Shown here piece after piece: positions 20,037-29,268 of a DNA stretch of 64,000 nucleotides. The translations under genes were made by a program, and so were the position numbers. The notes under the pieces were generated by a model. It saw only the letters and a program-made list of their open reading frames with translations. It ran no database searches and was not told where the DNA came from. Source of the stretch: Escherichia phage OliverMaurmann_Bas86; the sequence record PQ850622.1; one strand, written 5' to 3'. How positions within the stretch are numbered: the first letter of the stretch is position 1; each line of letters starts with the position of its first letter.

Positions 20037-20686
20037 TATTGAATCATCCCTTGAAGATCTTCTTTATCAAAGTGCTTCTCTACTACCGCTTCATACAGAT
20101 CACGATTCTCCGAATAACGGCGATAGAAGGTTCCGTGTGAAATTCCCAGCTCTTGTTGGATGTGATCATGAGGAATACCGAGGAAGAGCATTGAGAACAT
20201 ACTTGCCATCTTGCGGTTTTCCATAATATCACTTAGGTCTTGGAAGAAGAAAAAGATTCTAGATTCCAAGAATGGGTCTCCAGTAGAATCATGCTTATCC
20301 ATAGCAATCTCTAAAGGACTTTCCCATGAATTCATCTCGGGAGGTCTAAACATATCAGCCTCTGGAATAGAATAGATACGTCTGTCTCCAACTGTCTGAC
20401 GATTAGAACGAATCGACCAGATGATATTCTTCACACGATAAGTCATGTGTTCAATATCTTTTTCATCGGTAAGCAGTAGTTCTTCTTGCTTTGCAAATAC
20501 AAAACGCCAAGAGTTCAGTAACACTTCCTGAGCAACATCCTCTGCTTCGTGATAATCTTTAATGTCGTACATAAAATACTTATGCACAACTTTCCAATTC
20601 TCTCGATAGAATTCATCGAAGGTTGGGTAGTACTTAATAGGTATGCCATGAATACGATAGCGTGTGGGTGTTGTCTTTTTCTTCAT
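20036..20686 (-). CDS. phage-encoded sigma factor (ECF-like sigma-70 family)
   Basis: Region-2-like [13 protein letters not shown] and C-terminal region-4-like [18 protein letters not shown]. Confidence 0.6.
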   Translation of the reverse strand: MKKKTTPTRYRIHGIPIKYYPTFDEFYRENWKVVHKYFMYDIKDYHEAEDVAQEVLLNSWRFVFAKQEELLLTDEKDIEHMTYRVKNIIWSIRSNRQTVGDRRIYSIPEADMFRPPEMNSWESPLEIAMDKHDSTGDPFLESRIFFFFQDLSDIMENRKMASMFSMLFLGIPHDHIQQELGISHGTFYRRYSENRDLYEAVVEKHFDKEDLQGMIQ

Positions 20687-20710
20687 AAGTCATCCTTAAC
20701 TTACTTTACA

Positions 20711-20935
20711 TTAAACTACACAGAATAAATACATTGCTGTTTCAGGGGAAGGTATGTGGTCACTAGGATATCTAACCCTAATCCACTCATCATCTTCTGC
20801 TACATAATAAGCCCAATAAGACCCATTTTCATTAATAAAGAACTTGAAGGTACAACCAAAGATTTGGTTATTGTGTTCCCATACTGCATGAAACTGAGTA
20901 ACACCTTCTGGTATTGTAAGTTCCGCTCTGATCAT
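20711..20935 (-). CDS. hypothetical protein
   Basis: 74 aa ORF. Confidence 0.3.
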   Translation of the reverse strand: MIRAELTIPEGVTQFHAVWEHNNQIFGCTFKFFINENGSYWAYYVAEDDEWIRVRYPSDHIPSPETAMYLFCVV

Positions 20936-21198
20936 TGTATTCCTCTCTCCTTTAGAGCTTTAAGCAAACCGTTGTGGTTAGCGGCACAGGTTGTATAATT
21001 GTCCTGATACCACTCGAGTGTTGTTGCAAGTGCTACTCCCTGTCCACTCTGAAGTAAAGGGAGGTCTACATCACATTCAGCTTTTAGGTTTGTTGGTAAG
21101 GGCATTAGCTGCCTGCTGTTGTCGCTCGTTGAACAAGCCATCAAACTAGAAGCGAGCAAAATCACCAAACAACTCTTTTGCTTTTTCTTTGTAAGCAT
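20932..21198 (-). CDS. lipoprotein (o-spanin-like candidate)
   Basis: From internal Met: MLTKKKQKSCLVILLASSLMAC with lipobox-like SLMAC, then Pro/Cys-containing mature part. Confidence 0.4.
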   Translation of the reverse strand: MLTKKKQKSCLVILLASSLMACSTSDNSRQLMPLPTNLKAECDVDLPLLQSGQGVALATTLEWYQDNYTTCAANHNGLLKALKERGIQ

Positions 21199-21496
21199 TT
21201 TCTGCACCTTCTTGAGTGCTATGATAACCAAGCCAAATTACTTTGTTTTGATATCCGATACGAGCACTCCATTTATTAATATCTGACCTGTATCCTACAC
21301 CTTTTATTCCAGTTAAAGAGTTCTTTTGAACTATTTTATTGGCATTGTTGAGGACAGGTGTTGCTTTTCTTAGATTGCTCCAAGAGTTATTAGACTTATC
21401 TAAATCTTTATGGTCTATTTGGAAATCGGGAATTTCTCCAGTTTTTATATACCAAGCAACTCGGTGAGCTTTGTATGTCTTTCTCTGAAAATTCAA
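21146..21496 (-). CDS. HNH homing endonuclease with AP2-type DNA-binding domain
   Basis: HRVAWYIKTGEIPDFQIDHKDLDKSNNSWSNLR (HNH) and GYRSDINKWSARIGYQNKVIWLGYHSTQEGAENAY (AP2-like). Confidence 0.6.
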   Translation of the reverse strand: MNFQRKTYKAHRVAWYIKTGEIPDFQIDHKDLDKSNNSWSNLRKATPVLNNANKIVQKNSLTGIKGVGYRSDINKWSARIGYQNKVIWLGYHSTQEGAENAYKEKAKELFGDFARF

Positions 21497-21627
21497 TGTT
21501 ACATAACCAGCTTTTGTTTTACACCCTGCAACCTTTCCTGCGAGTCTTGAGTTCCACTGAGCGCTCTTATCTTTAGAATGTTTCCAGTACAGAAGACCGG
21601 AAGCCTCGTCATAAGACAGATATTTAA

Positions 21628-21969
21628 TTAATTCTTTAATTTCAGTGCCTCCGCTGCTTGTTGTTGTCGTTCATTGAAAAGTCCTACATACTCATCACTA
21701 GCACACACATTGTAAAAAACTGGCTTAGTCTTTTCATAATGCATCTCTTTGTAAATAGTTTCCGTGTTCTTCTTCCAGTTAGATAAACCAGTCAGAACTT
21801 TCTGAGCCACTTCATCAGCAGCCTTAGCTCTCTCAACCTCAATCTCTTGCTGTTTCTTCTCTTGGTCAAGAGCATTACTATCACTTCTGTATTGCTCAAA
21901 CTTGACACCACCAAAGAAAACCAGAGCTGTGAAGATTAAAAAACCTATATTGTTTTGAAGCTTTTCCAT
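21628..21969 (-). CDS. membrane-anchored coiled-coil protein (i-spanin-like candidate)
   Basis: Start taken at ATG 21969 (MEKLQNN); TM IGFLIFTALVFFGGV then Glu/Lys/Gln-rich helix. Confidence 0.4.
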   Translation of the reverse strand: MEKLQNNIGFLIFTALVFFGGVKFEQYRSDSNALDQEKKQQEIEVERAKAADEVAQKVLTGLSNWKKNTETIYKEMHYEKTKPVFYNVCASDEYVGLFNERQQQAAEALKLKN

Positions 21970-21980
21970 TTTAACTCCAA

Positions 21981-22004
21981 CGAAAAAAGCCACCCGAAGG
22001 TGGC
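21981..22004 (-). terminator. rho-independent terminator (reverse strand)
   Basis: On - strand AGCCACC-TTCG-GGTGGCT followed by TTTTTT. Confidence 0.6.
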
Positions 22005-22027
22005 TAAGCTATTACAAGGAGAGATTC

Positions 22028-22768
22028 TTAGAATGGGCTATCATCTTCTTCAAAGGTTGATTGCGGCTCTTCGTTAATGGTAGGAATACTTGGAGTAGCA
22101 TCTTTCTGTTCAGTGTCAGAAGCTTTAGTAACTTCACGACCAGCCAGAGGGATATTCTTAGCATCGTTAGCTTGAGTCAAGAGGTTACGTTGGAATGGGA
22201 AGATTGCTTGATAAGCAGCTAAGTTAGCGTCAGTCTCAGCATACGGTTCGAAGAAGATCAACTCACTACGAGGAGCACCTACCGCGTCACGATATTTAGT
22301 CGGGATTGGAGTGATGCTTTTAATGGAGTTTTTCTTCTCACCAGCTTTATTGGTGTAAGAGTTAACCAGAATGTTAACAGGCTGACCTAACAGCATATCT
22401 TTAAACCAACCCAAATCACCTTTCAGTGCTTGAACACTTGGGTCGATCATTTTAATCAGATTTAGAATACCAGAGTTCTTAGCTCGTGGGTTTACATCAA
22501 AAGATTTAAACTGGCAAGCAGGACGAGGGTCCAGAGGTTTGCCTTCATTATCAGTCCCTGTTGCATCTACGCCAATCAGCTCAAAAGCTAAGTCCATACG
22601 GAAAGCTGGGTTCTTAGGAGTAACTGCTTTGGTTTTAGGGTCAATCCAAGGGTCACGATTGTGAACACCCAAACCTACAACACGAACAATACGTGCTTCG
22701 TACTCACCATCAGGGATTACATCGTAGTTGGATTTACGGGATACAGACAGTTCAGGGATCATAGACAT
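22028..22768 (-). CDS. single-stranded DNA-binding protein-like (acidic C-terminal tail)
   Basis: 246 aa ending ...STFEEDDSPF, resembling the acidic tail ending in Phe of SSBs; has its own promoter-like element. Confidence 0.45.
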   Translation of the reverse strand: MSMIPELSVSRKSNYDVIPDGEYEARIVRVVGLGVHNRDPWIDPKTKAVTPKNPAFRMDLAFELIGVDATGTDNEGKPLDPRPACQFKSFDVNPRAKNSGILNLIKMIDPSVQALKGDLGWFKDMLLGQPVNILVNSYTNKAGEKKNSIKSITPIPTKYRDAVGAPRSELIFFEPYAETDANLAAYQAIFPFQRNLLTQANDAKNIPLAGREVTKASDTEQKDATPSIPTINEEPQSTFEEDDSPF

Positions 22769-22827
22769 ATTAATATTTCCTTATATAGATTTAAGATTGT
22801 TGCTCTCTTTGAGCGGTTTGTATACTA

Positions 22828-22836
22828 TATACATTA
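22828..22836 (-). promoter_or_regulatory. candidate phage-specific promoter element TAATGTATA (reverse strand)
   Basis: - strand reads TAATGTATATAGTATAC about 60 nt upstream of ATG 22768. Confidence 0.45.
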
Positions 22837-22898
22837 CACTTATACAGATAAGGTTCTATTATACTATAACCTTTTTGGTAGTAGATAATGACAAGTAG

Positions 22899-22907
22899 TA
22901 ATGTATA
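22899..22907 (+). promoter_or_regulatory. candidate promoter element TAATGTATATA (forward strand, divergent from 22828)
   Basis: GTAGTAATGTATATATGG on + strand; no + strand ORF downstream. Confidence 0.35.
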
Positions 22908-23103
22908 TATGGTATAGCTAGTAAAGCTATTGCAGGCTTGTATATTGGGCAATCATTGTAACCCTTGCAAGTACCGAAGGGCAGGAGACACCTGCGAGAT
23001 AAAAATAGAGAATTAAGGAATCCTTGATTTAGGTTGTGGGGACTCCTAGGGACTTTGATTCTCTATTAAAATCAAAAGAAAACTTAACTTAAAACAATAA
23101 CTT

Positions 23104-23742
23104 CTACCATTCTAAAAGACCTTTAAAACTAGTTTGTTCTACTGTTCTCTGATAAGGTAAGTTAGATTCTGCTTGTTTGCTTAGCATCTCTTGTACTTTA
23201 TCAGTAATTGGATAATCTTTTTGTAATAAAGAAGCTACCCACTCTTTCCTACTTTCCAGCTCTTTTCTAATTTCTTGCAGAGACACAGCTCTGTAATCAA
23301 TTTGTTCCATAGAGGTACAAAAATATCTCCAATCTTTGATAGTAGAATTATGAGTATGAGCATAGATATTATACTTTCCTCTCATTTCATCAGAGTGAAT
23401 AGGGATATGAGTTACCCAAAATTCTTTGTATTTATAATCACCACTGATGTGTCTAAAGACTTTCATCATATCAGGTAGAAGTTCTAATCTATCATGGTTC
23501 CCTAAGACAAGATGTTTCTCTCCCTTTATTTCAGCGATAATATCAAGTGCATACTTCTCAAACACCCAGTCACCTGTAAAGAAAGTTTTATCACGTTTAG
23601 TAACATGATCAAACGCTGCTAAGATAGCTTTATCATGTTCTTCAATACTACTAAACTTCTTCCTAAAGTTACAGATATTACGATGGCCTAGGTGACCATC
23701 ACCTGCAAAATAAACTTCAGCCACTTTCGTATGTGTCCTCAT
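23104..23742 (-). CDS. metallophosphoesterase (calcineurin-like phosphatase)
   Basis: Motifs AGDGHLGH, FTGDWV, LGNHD, AHTHN. Confidence 0.65.
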   Translation of the reverse strand: MRTHTKVAEVYFAGDGHLGHRNICNFRKKFSSIEEHDKAILAAFDHVTKRDKTFFTGDWVFEKYALDIIAEIKGEKHLVLGNHDRLELLPDMMKVFRHISGDYKYKEFWVTHIPIHSDEMRGKYNIYAHTHNSTIKDWRYFCTSMEQIDYRAVSLQEIRKELESRKEWVASLLQKDYPITDKVQEMLSKQAESNLPYQRTVEQTSFKGLLEW

Positions 23743-23974
23743 AATATGAGTAGTTGAAGGATTCAGCTTTCGTTTCAGCCTCCTCCATATCGTCTGTTTC
23801 CAGAATCACTCTCCAGCCAGAGCCGTTAGGGTATTCAGCTCCCTCATCTAGCCAGACTTTGTATCGTTTAGATTGTGCAACCATCGCAGATGTAATCTCC
23901 ACTGAGAGACTCTTGTAGGAGTCGAGATTGCTCATCGGCATACAGAGCATCAATTTCTTCCTTGAGCTTTGCAA
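23717..23974 (-). CDS. hypothetical protein
   Basis: 85 aa ORF; start uncertain. Confidence 0.25.
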   Translation of the reverse strand: MQSSRKKLMLCMPMSNLDSYKSLSVEITSAMVAQSKRYKVWLDEGAEYPNGSGWRVILETDDMEEAETKAESFNYSYYEDTYESG

Positions 23975-24071
23975 GTTCTACGAAGTTTATCAATTGACCA
24001 TAATCCGTCGCATCAGTGACGAATTGAAACAAACCTTTACCTTCAGCTTTAATAATATACTCTTTAGACAT
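23868..24071 (-). CDS. hypothetical protein
   Basis: 67 aa ORF. Confidence 0.3.
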   Translation of the reverse strand: MSKEYIIKAEGKGLFQFVTDATDYGQLINFVELAKLKEEIDALYADEQSRLLQESLSGDYICDGCTI

Positions 24072-24295
24072 TATAAGATCTCCCTTTGTTTGCTGTTAAT
24101 GACTGTCATCGCTGTGACTGGATTGTTTGTTCCAAGATATTCTAGAACAGGGACACCCTTAGTCGGTTTATCAGCCTCTATGTAATTCTTAACCTTGCCA
24201 CCAAGAACCGCTAGAGAAGCCTGAGCTTCCGCTTCATCATAATGAATTCGGTCAACTGTTTTCTTTCCAATCTTATAAGTGTGAACGTAAATCAT
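24071..24295 (-). CDS. hypothetical protein
   Basis: Start taken at internal ATG 24295 preceded by AAGGA; ORF track gives 24071..24331. Confidence 0.3.
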   Translation of the reverse strand: MIYVHTYKIGKKTVDRIHYDEAEAQASLAVLGGKVKNYIEADKPTKGVPVLEYLGTNNPVTAMTVINSKQREIL

Positions 24296-24306
24296 TTTAA
24301 TCCTTA

Positions 24307-24486
24307 TTAACGAGTTGTAGTACGACTCCAACCTTCAACATAGCAATGACCGCCTACAAACTTAGTAGGTGCATTAAATTCTTTTGATATTCGTGTCTCA
24401 CAATCTTCTTTGCTGAAGTCTCCAAAAATATCTATTACCCAAAGAAACAAAGCAAAAGCGACAGCCCAGCATATAAACTTCTTCAT
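24307..24486 (-). CDS. small membrane protein (59 aa, below ORF-track cutoff)
   Basis: Hand-translated MKKFICWAVAFALFLWVIDIFGDFSKEDCETR...; ATG overlaps upstream stop as ATGA. Confidence 0.35.
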   Translation of the reverse strand: MKKFICWAVAFALFLWVIDIFGDFSKEDCETRISKEFNAPTKFVGGHCYVEGWSRTTTR

Positions 24487-24875
24487 CGTATCACCAGAGG
24501 CTCTTCAGAGTACACAGGAGAGGCTATTTCTACCGGAGGTGCTGCTCTAAGGTCATTAAGCCTTACGCCCTTCAGCATACCATCTAGGTGGTCCATTTTA
24601 GGGATACCGACAGGGAAGTCATCAATCCAAACATCCACAAAGAAACCCAAGCTCTGAGTGACAGAATCCTTCTGAACACCGTTGCAAAAGATAACAGGAA
24701 TATCTAGACTTGCTGCATCTGCTAGAAGCTCTTCATTTGAATACCCATTGGGCTGAGCAAAACGATAAGTGACAATACGAACATCGTGTCCACGAGATTT
24801 CATAAGACCTACAATGTGGGTCCACATCTCCTTGTCCACTGTAAAAGTGTCATCATAATCTAAACCAATATTCAT
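24483..24875 (-). CDS. HAD-superfamily phosphatase
   Basis: N-terminal MNIGLDYDDTFT (DxDxT motif) and later WIDDF. Confidence 0.45.
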   Translation of the reverse strand: MNIGLDYDDTFTVDKEMWTHIVGLMKSRGHDVRIVTYRFAQPNGYSNEELLADAASLDIPVIFCNGVQKDSVTQSLGFFVDVWIDDFPVGIPKMDHLDGMLKGVRLNDLRAAPPVEIASPVYSEEPLVIR

Positions 24876-24891
24876 ACTAGCCTCTTAGACA

Positions 24892-24914
24892 AGAAAAGCC
24901 ACCCGAAGGTAGCT
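24892..24914 (-). terminator. rho-independent terminator (reverse strand)
   Basis: On - strand AGCUACC-UUCG-GGUGGCU (one G-U pair) followed by U-rich run. Confidence 0.5.
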
Positions 24915-25156
24915 TATTTATTCTGTGTTTCCAGTTCACTGATACGAACTTTCAAACCATTAATTTCAGCCTGAGCGGCTTCTAGCTTAATTAGGGCTTC
25001 TTCAGCGTCAGCTTCTGTTTGAAGAACCACAGTAGTTAGTTCATACAAAGCCTGACGTAGTGAATCTTTGCCCATAGAATGAATCTGTGCAACAAAGAAT
25101 TGCTTACCTTCAGTTGTTTCTAGAGTCTCTTTCAATTCTTTAGATGTTAAAGTCAT
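24914..25156 (-). CDS. hypothetical coiled-coil protein
   Basis: 80 aa, heptad-like. Confidence 0.3.
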   Translation of the reverse strand: MTLTSKELKETLETTEGKQFFVAQIHSMGKDSLRQALYELTTVVLQTEADAEEALIKLEAAQAEINGLKVRISELETQNK

Positions 25157-25514
25157 TATTACTCCCTTTCATAAATTTTGAGAACTGTACCACCATCCGC
25201 TTTAATCTGAGCAGCGACTTCATCGCGTTCTTCATTAGAATAAACCAGTTGGTTGTGAAATTTTCCTGTAGCATCTTGGAAATATACATTCCATTTTGGA
25301 GCAGGTTTACGAATCAAATCCATCATTGATCTTTCTCCTCTCGTTCAACCCATGTATGAAAAAGCTCCCCATACACTTTGGCATCATCAAAACGTCCTTC
25401 TTCCTGTGCGAGTTTTTGTTGCTTCAAGCACCATTCAGAACTTTTTACTTCTTCCACTTCCTTGTCTCCTTAAAAAGAACTAATCAATAAGACTAGTTCA
25501 TTTCGTAATACGAT

Positions 25515-25706
25515 TCAGCTCTTCCACGGGAGGTTGATGGTTAAATTCTTAATAGAGAAATCTTTATCAGGAAACTCTTCCATTAACTCAGCCGCTTCTT
25601 GAATAGCTTTTCTTTCTGTGTTATAGATGCAGAAATGTCCATTACAGCAAACAATTGCATCTTTTGCTCCCGTAATGGCCCATGTTTCATGTACATGTCT
25701 AGTCAT
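25515..25706 (-). CDS. hypothetical protein
   Basis: 63 aa ORF. Confidence 0.3.
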   Translation of the reverse strand: MTRHVHETWAITGAKDAIVCCNGHFCIYNTERKAIQEAAELMEEFPDKDFSIKNLTINLPWKS

Positions 25707-25723
25707 TATTCCTCCACTACAAA

Positions 25724-27571
25724 TTAGTGAGTGTGATTCCAGTTTAACCCAATCTTACAATCAGATGCAAGAGGACATTCCATTTTGAGGTATTCACCTG
25801 CTTTACGAACACACTCTTCAGTGAGGGTACGAAGTTTGTTAACATCGTCACGATGTACAGTGAACTGGCCTTCATCATGCATGTCAATAACCTTCGCACA
25901 ACGAACACCATCACGCTCAATCCATTTATTAAGGAATAGCATTGCATACTTCATAACAATCGCCCCAGCGCTCTGTAAGAGAGTGTTTAAGGCTTTATGA
26001 ACCATAACCTTTCCAGTTGCATCTCTTCTCATTGTAATACGACGTCCATCCACACCGTAGATGTATCCACTTTGTGCTTTCTCTGTCATACGTTCAATAA
26101 GAATTGCAATACAAGGATTCTCTGCTAAGAATCTTGCCCTCATGACAGCCCCTTCATCAGAGCCACCACCTACGATGCTTCCTAACTTAGCGTCACCAGC
26201 TCCGTAGTTGAATGCATAGATAAACGTTTTAGCATTATCACGAGTAGGAAGGCCAGCAAGTTTTTGGTTATGTGAGTGAATATCTCCTTCTAAAAGAATA
26301 TCTCTGTACATAACAGCAGAAGCTAGACCGCGTTCAGCTTCTCGTTTCTTAGCTGGGTTGTTTTCCTGCTCTGCTTCAGCGAGCATCTCACGACATTCTT
26401 TGATAAGGTAATGAGCAAGCATCCTCAGCTCAAGACCAGAGCCATCGTAACCTAAGAAGATTTCACGACCAGCAGGTACATAAAATTTATAAGCACCTAT
26501 TGGTTTGTCTTTCTTGCCCGGTTTTCCCATTTCGTAGATAATGTTAGTACCCTTTCGTACGTAACACCCATCAGGGATATGGTTGGTAATGATGAAAGGA
26601 TGGTTATGACTATCGTCTGAGGAATAGTCAGATTGAAAAAGACTGCGGCACTCGTGACCAAACAAACCGCGAGAAGGAATATTAACAACAATGCGATGTT
26701 TAAAACGAAATGTCGGAGTAGCGCAGCTATTAGCTTCGGCGGACAACTTACCATCTTTACGTTCCTTGTCGATAAGCCCGCTAATCAAACCTAGCCTGTG
26801 AGCCGCTACAACGCGTCTCTTAAGCAAACTTCCTACACCCCCTAGCTCACCCCCAAGCCCCTCTTCAAGAGTCTCCTCAAGGTTTGTAGGGGCTGTAGGC
26901 CACTTGTTTGATGTAGCCAAAGCTTTTTTGATTTCATCAAAGGTTACAGGCTTCTTCCTATTAGGGTTGAGACCTAAACCGCTGACATAGGCTTTCATAT
27001 AATTGACAGTGTGATAACGGAAGTGCTTATCCAAAAACCTTCGGATATCAGCATCTATCATCTCTGCTGTCTGTTTCTCTTTAGCGTTACCTCGAATCCA
27101 AGCAGAATACCATGCAGAGTATGTACCATACTTCTTCATAGCTTTACGAATTTCAAAAGTATTCCAAGGTTTCTTAGAATAATTCCACTCTGGAGGTATA
27201 AAACCTTCATCCATCAAGGCTTCTTTGATACGTGCATCTTTTGATGGGTCAAAGTCTACATACTCAACGCAAGTAAACGCCCCACCGATATCTTCTCTTT
27301 TAAGACCAACCCTATCACAATAGAGTTGAGGCCACTTCTGCAAAGCACCGGACTTCTTAAAAGGTTTAGAATAAGTTGAACCATCCACCCGCATTTTGGG
27401 GAGGAGAGGAATCAGTTCTTTATCAATATTGACAATAATCTCTTTGAGAAGATGAACAAACCACCGAGCGTTTCTTCTGTTGAAGTTGACTCCATGCTTC
27501 GCCTGTTTTGAGATTATATCAGCGACTGTCATCTCCGTTATGAAAGGTAACTTATCAGGGTTATCCATCAC
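25724..27571 (-). CDS. DNA polymerase, family A, polymerase domain only
   Basis: Motif A YDGSGLELRMLAH, motif B RDNAKTFIYAFNYGAG, motif C VIDMHDEGQ; no exonuclease motifs in this ORF. Confidence 0.8.
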   Translation of the reverse strand: MMDNPDKLPFITEMTVADIISKQAKHGVNFNRRNARWFVHLLKEIIVNIDKELIPLLPKMRVDGSTYSKPFKKSGALQKWPQLYCDRVGLKREDIGGAFTCVEYVDFDPSKDARIKEALMDEGFIPPEWNYSKKPWNTFEIRKAMKKYGTYSAWYSAWIRGNAKEKQTAEMIDADIRRFLDKHFRYHTVNYMKAYVSGLGLNPNRKKPVTFDEIKKALATSNKWPTAPTNLEETLEEGLGGELGGVGSLLKRRVVAAHRLGLISGLIDKERKDGKLSAEANSCATPTFRFKHRIVVNIPSRGLFGHECRSLFQSDYSSDDSHNHPFIITNHIPDGCYVRKGTNIIYEMGKPGKKDKPIGAYKFYVPAGREIFLGYDGSGLELRMLAHYLIKECREMLAEAEQENNPAKKREAERGLASAVMYRDILLEGDIHSHNQKLAGLPTRDNAKTFIYAFNYGAGDAKLGSIVGGGSDEGAVMRARFLAENPCIAILIERMTEKAQSGYIYGVDGRRITMRRDATGKVMVHKALNTLLQSAGAIVMKYAMLFLNKWIERDGVRCAKVIDMHDEGQFTVHRDDVNKLRTLTEECVRKAGEYLKMECPLASDCKIGLNWNHTH

Positions 27572-27584
27572 CCACTCCTTATAG

Positions 27585-27938
27585 TTATTGGTATATTAAA
27601 TCTGTGAATGCTTGGTTGTCTTCAACAATATCTAAAGCTTCATATGAATCAGCCAATTCATCCACATAAAAGACTGCTGGAACATCTTCTGCTCGCTGTC
27701 TACGAGCTTCTCTCTGTTCATTACTATCCCTCTGAACCTGTGCTAGTTTCATCCCCCACACCTGCTCATACAGCTCTGGATACTTATCGCTAACCACCAC
27801 AAAGTTTCGAGCTGGTTGGTTTCGGTTAATCTTCGCTGTCAATTCGATAAACTGACGAAACTCTTGAATAGAGAGGTTATCATGGATATTGTCCCACTTG
27901 AGAACGCAGTGTCGTTCTAGGCGTTGAGGTACTGGCAT
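27585..27938 (-). CDS. hypothetical protein
   Basis: 117 aa ORF. Confidence 0.3.
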   Translation of the reverse strand: MPVPQRLERHCVLKWDNIHDNLSIQEFRQFIELTAKINRNQPARNFVVVSDKYPELYEQVWGMKLAQVQRDSNEQREARRQRAEDVPAVFYVDELADSYEALDIVEDNQAFTDLIYQ

Positions 27939-27941
27939 AAC

Positions 27942-28211
27942 TTACTCCACTGTCGGGAAAGGTTTCAAATTATTCATAGCTGTACGAACAATAGCACAGA
28001 TTTCAGGGTCACGATAAGAGAGGAATTTTCCATCCTTGCCACGAATCATTACATTAGTTCGCGCTGTTTTGTTAGGTAATAAAGAGATCCCTCCAAGCAG
28101 GTGGTTGGTAGGATGTTGTCCTTGATTAACTTTGTAATCATGAGTGTGAGCCTCACCATTAAAGAGATGATCACGGATTTGAATTAAACTGATTTTCATA
28201 TTATGCACCAA
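27942..28211 (-). CDS. hypothetical protein (tandem paralog)
   Basis: Shares TARTNV..RG..GKF.S.RD...NLKPFP with 28201..28452. Confidence 0.35.
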   Translation of the reverse strand: MVHNMKISLIQIRDHLFNGEAHTHDYKVNQGQHPTNHLLGGISLLPNKTARTNVMIRGKDGKFLSYRDPEICAIVRTAMNNLKPFPTVE

Positions 28212-28452
28212 AGTTAGGGAAAGGTTTCAGGTTTTCAATGGACTTAGCGATACGCTTAGGGACACTCTTATCGCGGAAGGAGATGAATTTGCCATTAGCA
28301 CCACGAAGGGCTACGTTAGTACGAGCTGTTGTTGGATTAAACTGAATCATCTCAACAGAGCCTGTAATGTTTTCTACAGGGAAAGTGTAGCTCTCAGTTG
28401 CATTCATAGAAGGAAGGAAATCAGTTACAGTGATATAAGTTACTTTAGACAT
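28201..28452 (-). CDS. hypothetical protein (tandem paralog)
   Basis: Shares TARTNV..RG..GKF.S.RD...NLKPFP with 27942..28211. Confidence 0.35.
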   Translation of the reverse strand: MSKVTYITVTDFLPSMNATESYTFPVENITGSVEMIQFNPTTARTNVALRGANGKFISFRDKSVPKRIAKSIENLKPFPNFGA

Positions 28453-28474
28453 ATTTATTACCTTAGATTATATA

Positions 28475-28503
28475 AAAGAAAAGGCCACCCGAAATGGGTA
28501 GCC
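28475..28503 (-). terminator. rho-independent terminator (reverse strand)
   Basis: On - strand GGCUACCC-AUUUC-GGGUGGCC followed by UUUUCUUUU. Confidence 0.55.
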
Positions 28504-28519
28504 TTATATTAACTAGAGC

Positions 28520-28798
28520 TTAAAGCTCCTTTGCGACCGCCTGCTGATTTTCCAGCACGATCTCCACTTTTGCCGCCGTTCGAGCGATTTCGAGAGACTG
28601 ATTCAACACGTAAGTTACTTGACGCATTAGAACCTCCCGACTTGATTGATCGTTTATGTCCAACGTCTTTACCTCGGACAGCAGCTTTTCCATCGCGCTT
28701 TTCAACGATGCGACGTGCACGGTGGCGCTGAGCATCTCCGCTCTTGCTACCAACACCTGTCTCCCCACGTTTGATTGCGGTACGTCTTTCTTGCTCAT
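28520..28798 (-). CDS. hypothetical helical protein (alternative overlapping frame 28509..28823 also open)
   Basis: 92 aa helical-looking product; the other frame gives a basic low-complexity product. Confidence 0.3.
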   Translation of the reverse strand: MSKKDVPQSNVGRQVLVARAEMLSATVHVASLKSAMEKLLSEVKTLDINDQSSREVLMRQVTYVLNQSLEIARTAAKVEIVLENQQAVAKEL

Positions 28799-28812
28799 AA
28801 TCTCTTTTCGCC

Positions 28813-29193
28813 TTATCCGTCATTGTTAGTTATCCTCTGATTGAAAGTGTGAATTGCGTGGCAGTTAGCGCAGAGGATTCTGCACTTCTTCATCTCTGCC
28901 TTCACTTGAGAAATTGATCTCGTGTGACCTTGAGATAGCTCAAAGGATTTTTCAGAGGGGTTAATATGGTCAAACTGGAGAGCAGAAGCGTGTTCTTTAT
29001 AGCCACACAGAGAGCATCCGTAAAAGGTTTTAACTCTTCTGATGAATACTAATTGTCGATTTCTTCTCTCTTCATTGTAAAGCCTACGCTTCTCCCTATT
29101 AGCTGGGTCCGCGTACCTGCACCTGTCTGAACAGTATTTTTGAAATACAAACCTCTTCTCAAATACTTCTTGACAAGTAGGACAAACATCCAT
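28813..29193 (-). CDS. HNH endonuclease
   Basis: Cys-rich N-terminus, FDHINP...CANCH. Confidence 0.5.
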   Translation of the reverse strand: MDVCPTCQEVFEKRFVFQKYCSDRCRYADPANREKRRLYNEERRNRQLVFIRRVKTFYGCSLCGYKEHASALQFDHINPSEKSFELSQGHTRSISQVKAEMKKCRILCANCHAIHTFNQRITNNDG

Positions 29194-29268
29194 GTTACTA
29201 ACTCCTCCTTAAAATCCTTATAGGTAAGTACATTACATAGCATCAAGCACAGCTATCATATGCTACTT

